A stretch of DNA of 63,005 nt, counting the filler, from Dimargaris cristalligena (lineage: Eukaryota): NCBI GenBank assembly GCA_003614675.1. It is 4 parts of 4 records of this genome, joined end to end, with 100 filler letters (N's around TTAATTAATTAA, not from the genome) between each part and the next. Parts side by side here need not be neighbours in the genome. Positions count along the whole stretch, not along the records: positions 47,367 to 63,005 come from ML002880.1; 3 more parts are not named here. One strand, given 5' to 3'. Below, piece by piece: positions 57,981 to 63,005 of the stretch. A model generated the notes under the pieces. That model was not told where the DNA came from and made no database searches. It saw only the letters and a program-made list of their open reading frames with translations. The translations under genes and the position numbers were made by a program. Within the stretch, counting starts at the first letter, position 1. Every line of letters starts with the position of its first letter.

Positions 57981-60900
57981 CTAAATGATGCGGAAATGTA
58001 AAAATCGGACAGAGGATACTAAATACGAGAAAGAGCAAGTAATGGACGCTGTCGCCGTATTTATATTGCAACTAAATTATGCGTAGCCTAGTTAACCCCG
58101 CAGCAGGGATACAGGCAGCTGGGTTGTGGAGTATGCTGGCTGATTCGTACATTCGTGTTGATTTGTGTTACGTTAATGTAACGGTTTTCATGTGGGGAAG
58201 GGGGAAACCCAAACTTTATCATGTTAATGGGAAGTGTCAAATTGGACAGCTTATTAGCGTGATGGTATCACACTGGTTGCGCAGTCCAGTCTCCCCTCTT
58301 CGATGCGAGATTGGGGAGGAGGGCTACTCATATTAGGCGTATGAATCTCTTTTTTTATTTATTTTTTTGTCCCTTTTATTGCCACCGGGTTTTCTGTGGC
58401 GCAAGCTATAGTGGGGAGGGCCAACAGACCAGGGAGATAAGGCCCTGTAACGCACTGTGTACCTCAAGAGTAACCACCGACTTGAAGGGATATATATTGG
58501 GATGCACGTCACGGGGTTTATGCTAGAGATAGATAAGGACAGGGTGGGTGGATAATGCCCGTGGCACAGAGACACTCGGCCAAACTGCCCACTATGCGGT
58601 GATGGAATTGTATCATGCAAGAAAGACACTGGGCGATTATGCGGCTTTAGAGGCAGTTAGTAAGGGTGGTATTCGTTAAAGTAAAATTGAAGGTACTGTC
58701 GAGAAGATGCGTCAGTTGGGTGAATACACACGAATGGGAGCCACTAAAAAAATAGCAGAAAGCAATAGTGTTGCTGACTGTTTAACTGACATGGCCTTTG
58801 GCACACTTGTTTTTATTTACCCTGCATTCAAGGGCTAGGATACTAGGTTCGCCTTTGACACCTTATCGCTTCATCTGTCTAGTTATATCTGACCGATCCA
58901 TTACTTAACTACCATTTCTACTAGCTAGGTATTTTGGCTCACATTTGGCAATGTCACTCCCTTTAATCGGATGTCCGTATACAATTAGTAAATAATAGTA
59001 ATATTCGCTTTTTGGTATTGAGATCACTATTTTTTATATATATTTTAATATGTGGTATAGCTGTAAGGATCAGTTCATTGAAACCCCAATTAATTTCTGT
59101 TGGCTACATGGGGTCTTCGTTGGGGGGTTAGGAAGGTCTTTAGAATGTCCTCGAAAGTCGCGTCTGATAATGATGGAGAGGGTGAGTGAGTTACACGAAC
59201 CACGGCCCTTCTCTGCCGGCTTCTCGACCACTTGTTTTGCGAAGCTACGCCTACTTTTTATCCTTGTATTATGAATTGGATGGATAGGAGTCTAAGAATG
59301 GGTAAGCTGGGGGATGTGGACCTACAGATAGGCACCACACCATCGTGAAGTTCTAACAACAACAGCCGCTGAAGCCAGCCGTTTCATAATAAGCCAGTAA
59401 TACATGGAACGGAAGAGACCCTTTGCCCCCCCATGTCGCAGTGGAGGAACCCGGGTAGTACCGTATGTTACTCAACCAGGGGGTGGAACAGGGTGGCGAG
59501 GTAGGTGGTGGACGAGCCAGTGAATAATAGTGGGAAAGGTGGGAATAGGGAAATGGCGTATATTATGACTAATACATGGCGGAAGTGCCAAACCGAGGCG
59601 GACATTAAAAATACGAAAAAGTACAATCGGTCTAGCATCGACTTGGACGCGTGCTTGGCTAGGATTCGGCACTAGCTGCCCTTAAGGTGAGCACCTTGCG
59701 CGATCGTCCATGCCAGCGATTAATGGTAAGAACCGGTCTATATGTAATATATCTAGTTATGGCTGAATCCCACGAGCCATTGGAGCTAACCATTGCATTG
59801 CTTCCGGACTTACTATTTTAACTACAATTGTTGGTTATTTGGGGATCATGTCCATGGCGGCACTAGATGAGGCTTTGTATGGAGTGTAATTTGGAACTTT
59901 TACGCTTATTAGTTTAGGACATCCTTGATGACTTCTCACGACCAGGTGGTCTTTAACAATTTTATTACAGTGATCATATTTCGGAGCGTGTGTCCCACCC
60001 ATAGGCCTCGCCATTGTACACTTAAAACCCCTTTATACTTGACAGCATTAGCATTTGTTGACGGACTGGATATGAGCATTCTAAACCATTCGTTGACTTA
60101 AAAAAACAACATTAAAATATCTAGTTTACTAGATAAGGGTTTACAATTTAACAATAATAATATCGAATCGAGAAAGACCCGGGCTTCCGGATATTCGTAC
60201 TTCTTCCGAATACTTGAAGGTTATATTGTGCAGGCTTGTGGGTCGGCGGAAATTTCACACGACTGGATTCCATCCAATGGTGTTTTTCATCTGACCAATA
60301 TTTTTACCATTAAGGTTTCTCTTTGTGGTCAGACATGTAGGGTGGTGTTATACTATCCACCAAAATGGGACCGGTATATGGTTTTATAGTTGACTGTGCA
60401 TGGTCAAGCACGATTATAATTTAAGTTAAAAAACTGGTGTGGCCATTCTGGAATCCAAAATAATAATTATCGTGGCAATGAAAACCTCTTCGAGAAATGA
60501 TATCTATCAGTAGCGAATGCTTTTGACCATTCATAATTCGATAGATGTGTAATTATCTATCAGGCCGCAATGCCTGCTGATAAACACCATTGGTTTAGGC
60601 CAATTCATCACAGGCCCAGTATTTCAAGACTAGGAATTTTTGTAAAGTGGGAAATGTTAAGGAGGAAGGAGGCCTCTTTGTGAAACACATGGGCCAAAGT
60701 ATTATTTTATAGGGCATTACATAGTCCAAGTTGGTGGCTGGACTAAGGACCCCTATATATCGCTGTGGGGCTGGCCCTGCCTAACGGGTTATTGCGATTT
60801 TGAATGTGTTCCACCCTGCTCCATTAAATTCATCTTTCATCCAGCCTATTATCGTTTCGTCGCTCCAGGGTTTTAAACCCAGCCAACAGTATCTCTACAA

Positions 60901-61844
60901 ACATGTACGCGCTAAATTTCGACGATGAGTGGTCCTATTTGGAAGAAGGGCGTAAGTTGGTTTTAACGTAATATTACTTGACGATTATTAGGACGTGGTC
61001 CCAGGACTATATTGTTGGCTGTCGGGTTTGACAATGGCAATTGTACTACTTCTATACATTCAGTGCCGATGCATTTTATCAGAATAGGACAATTCTAACC
61101 TCTTAAAATTTGCTTTTATTTTTTGGGCATGTACATGTCAATATCATATTACCATCGCCCCATCAAATAGTGTGGATTTCATTCGTCGACCGCAGATATC
61201 CGGATACTAAACGCTTCGCCTTGATCCATACGGTCGACGAAATTCGCCCAGCAGTAACTCTTGAAATTGAATTGACGGATTTACTCGAATTCCATCCTTA
61301 TAATATACTATTTGAGTACCTCTGAGGGCTATTGGCTTTTCTGACGAATAGGTAACAGCTAACTCTTCCTAAGTCATAATTTCCAAATGGCCCAGGTTTC
61401 GCCAATAGGATGTAGTAAATAAATGTCCTTAAGTGTAAGAAATCTCCCTTTATAATTCCCACAAGCCGCATTCATATAATGAATACATTTAGTGTAGCCT
61501 ACATATATCCCGGAACCAGCTATTGAGATATTAAATAATGCAGGCCAGTGGCTCGAATTAATATCAATACATAATAAAACATTTTTGAGAGTAATCCAAT
61601 CCAAATATATAACCAAAAGGCAGTTTAGTAAAACTGGTTATAAAAAAAACACATATTTACTAATCTACTAGGCATTTTTTTTTATCCATCCACAACTAAG
61701 AAAAAGAAAATACAGGGTTAGTATACCCTCTAGGTCTATATACACTATCTCACTATTCTCTGTGCAAAGTAGTTCTGGCTATTTAGGGGTAAAATATATT
61801 CATATTGTACTAGATTTAGCTTAGTTTATAATAAAAAACTAAAA

Positions 61845-61962
61845 AGTTGTAGCACCAACTATTCCCAAGTGGTCACCCACCTCAGTACTAAATTGGCTGA
61901 TAACTACTTAACTTCGCAGATCTAACGGGATACGGTGTAAACAGCTACATATGGCCACAACT
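61845..61962 (-). rRNA. 5S rRNA gene (type B), intact
   Basis: 118 nt, same ends and conserved boxes as 31881-31998. Helices are maintained by compensatory changes. Oligo-T terminator follows. Confidence 0.93.
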
Positions 61963-62029
61963 GAAAATGTTTTGCAACAGCGGAATAATACTTAGAATAA
62001 AAGTTTAAACAGTAATAATCGTCTGGTAA

Positions 62030-63005
62030 AAATTGGCAAAAGAATTGGTCATCTTAAGGGCAAGAAACAGGGTATCAAAGTCTGGTTTATTAAAGATGGG
62101 TGATTACACCTTATTTATATGTCAGGAAATAAATCAAGGGGTTAGGGTATTCAGGGGCAGCAGAAAGCAGTGGTTGGTCTTGAAACCATTATTGGAGTAA
62201 CCACCAGTGGTCCTGGGTCACATGATGTTATTAGCTGGGAACATTGGGGATGTCAGTGGCATCACTGGTTTTGATTGAGTTCCAAATAAGTTTGTTCTAA
62301 TAAACTCAGTGGCTTAGCTGCTGGGGACATTATGGAGACATGTGGTACTTGAGGGTTGGGGATTCCTGCAAGATGACTGGGGGAATCACCAGACCAGTGT
62401 GGCAAGGTGGAGTGTCCCCTTAATTACCACAGGTACAGAATATTAATATTTAATTATTATATTTATATACAAGGTATGAAGTGGCTTTTTTATCTGGTAT
62501 ATCCAGTTTTTTTCCCTTCCCTTTTAACCCATTCCTTCCATATGAATTTTTCCTTTAATTTTATTTATATTTCTATTAGTGGATACATGCTATCCCTATG
62601 ATTGGATATGCACATTCATGCAAGATTACTAGTGGTTATTTGATTTTATTCTCTCTCTTCTTTTTATTGGTTTTACTATGTTAATTCATTATTTACTTTT
62701 TATTGGTTATGCAGGATTACTTACATTCTATTGGTTTTAATAATTATCTACCTTATACAGAGAATGGCTTAGTACTCTTGGCCATAGAGCCAAAAGTCTT
62801 AGCATTCTTTTGGATTAAATATGCAACATTGATGCAGTTGATCAGGCTATACATGTGAGTGATCAGTGCATGCATTAGTATGCATATTTTTGTATATAAG
62901 GGATAACTCTTCCCCCTCTTTTTTTCATATCAAATTTTGGGTATTGTAAAGAACTGAAATCAAATCCTTGAAAACTGAACTTTATTTGAAAAGATAGATA
63001 ATAAA
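62030..63005. repeat. CpG-free decayed repeat/TE relic upstream of the 5S gene
   Basis: No CpG found by eye in about 975 bp despite G/C-containing sequence. Runs to contig end. Confidence 0.45.

Noticed and set aside
60903-61325. Short exon-like MYALNFDDEWSYLEEG followed by GTAAGT (cullin N-terminus-like)
   Set aside because: No downstream acceptor gives an open in-frame continuation. Unsupported.

Overview
Eukaryotic (fungal) genomic DNA with GT-AG introns and CTAAC/CTAAT-type branch points. The gene content is compatible with an early-diverging fungus, but that is inference only. The window is not one locus. It is four contigs (1-15737, 15838-31516, 31617-47266, 47367-63005, in descending length) joined by artificial 100-nt N/TTAATTAATTAA spacers. 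Genes: GPI10/PIG-B, a His-less Bim1/X325-like GPI protein, an mRNA guanylyltransferase with a very large Pro/Gln tail, a secreted orphan, Yippee/MOH1, COX12, a two-KH RNA-binding protein, a hypothetical protein, the 3' part of an m-AAA protease, MED11, POM33/TMEM33, a pepsin-like protease, KRE6/SKN1, thymidylate synthase and three RlpA/DPBB expansin-like genes. The most notable signal involves three dispersed 5S rRNA genes of three sequence types. One of them lacks nt 1-7 exactly where a near-intact APE-RT LINE begins, which makes that element a candidate 5S rDNA-targeting fungal non-LTR retrotransposon. The same 5S copy carries strand-biased, RIP-like C-to-T changes. Other leads are a ~140-bp MITE-like family on two contigs, a possible poison exon in MED11, and a conserved 5'UTR hairpin in duplicated expansin-like genes.
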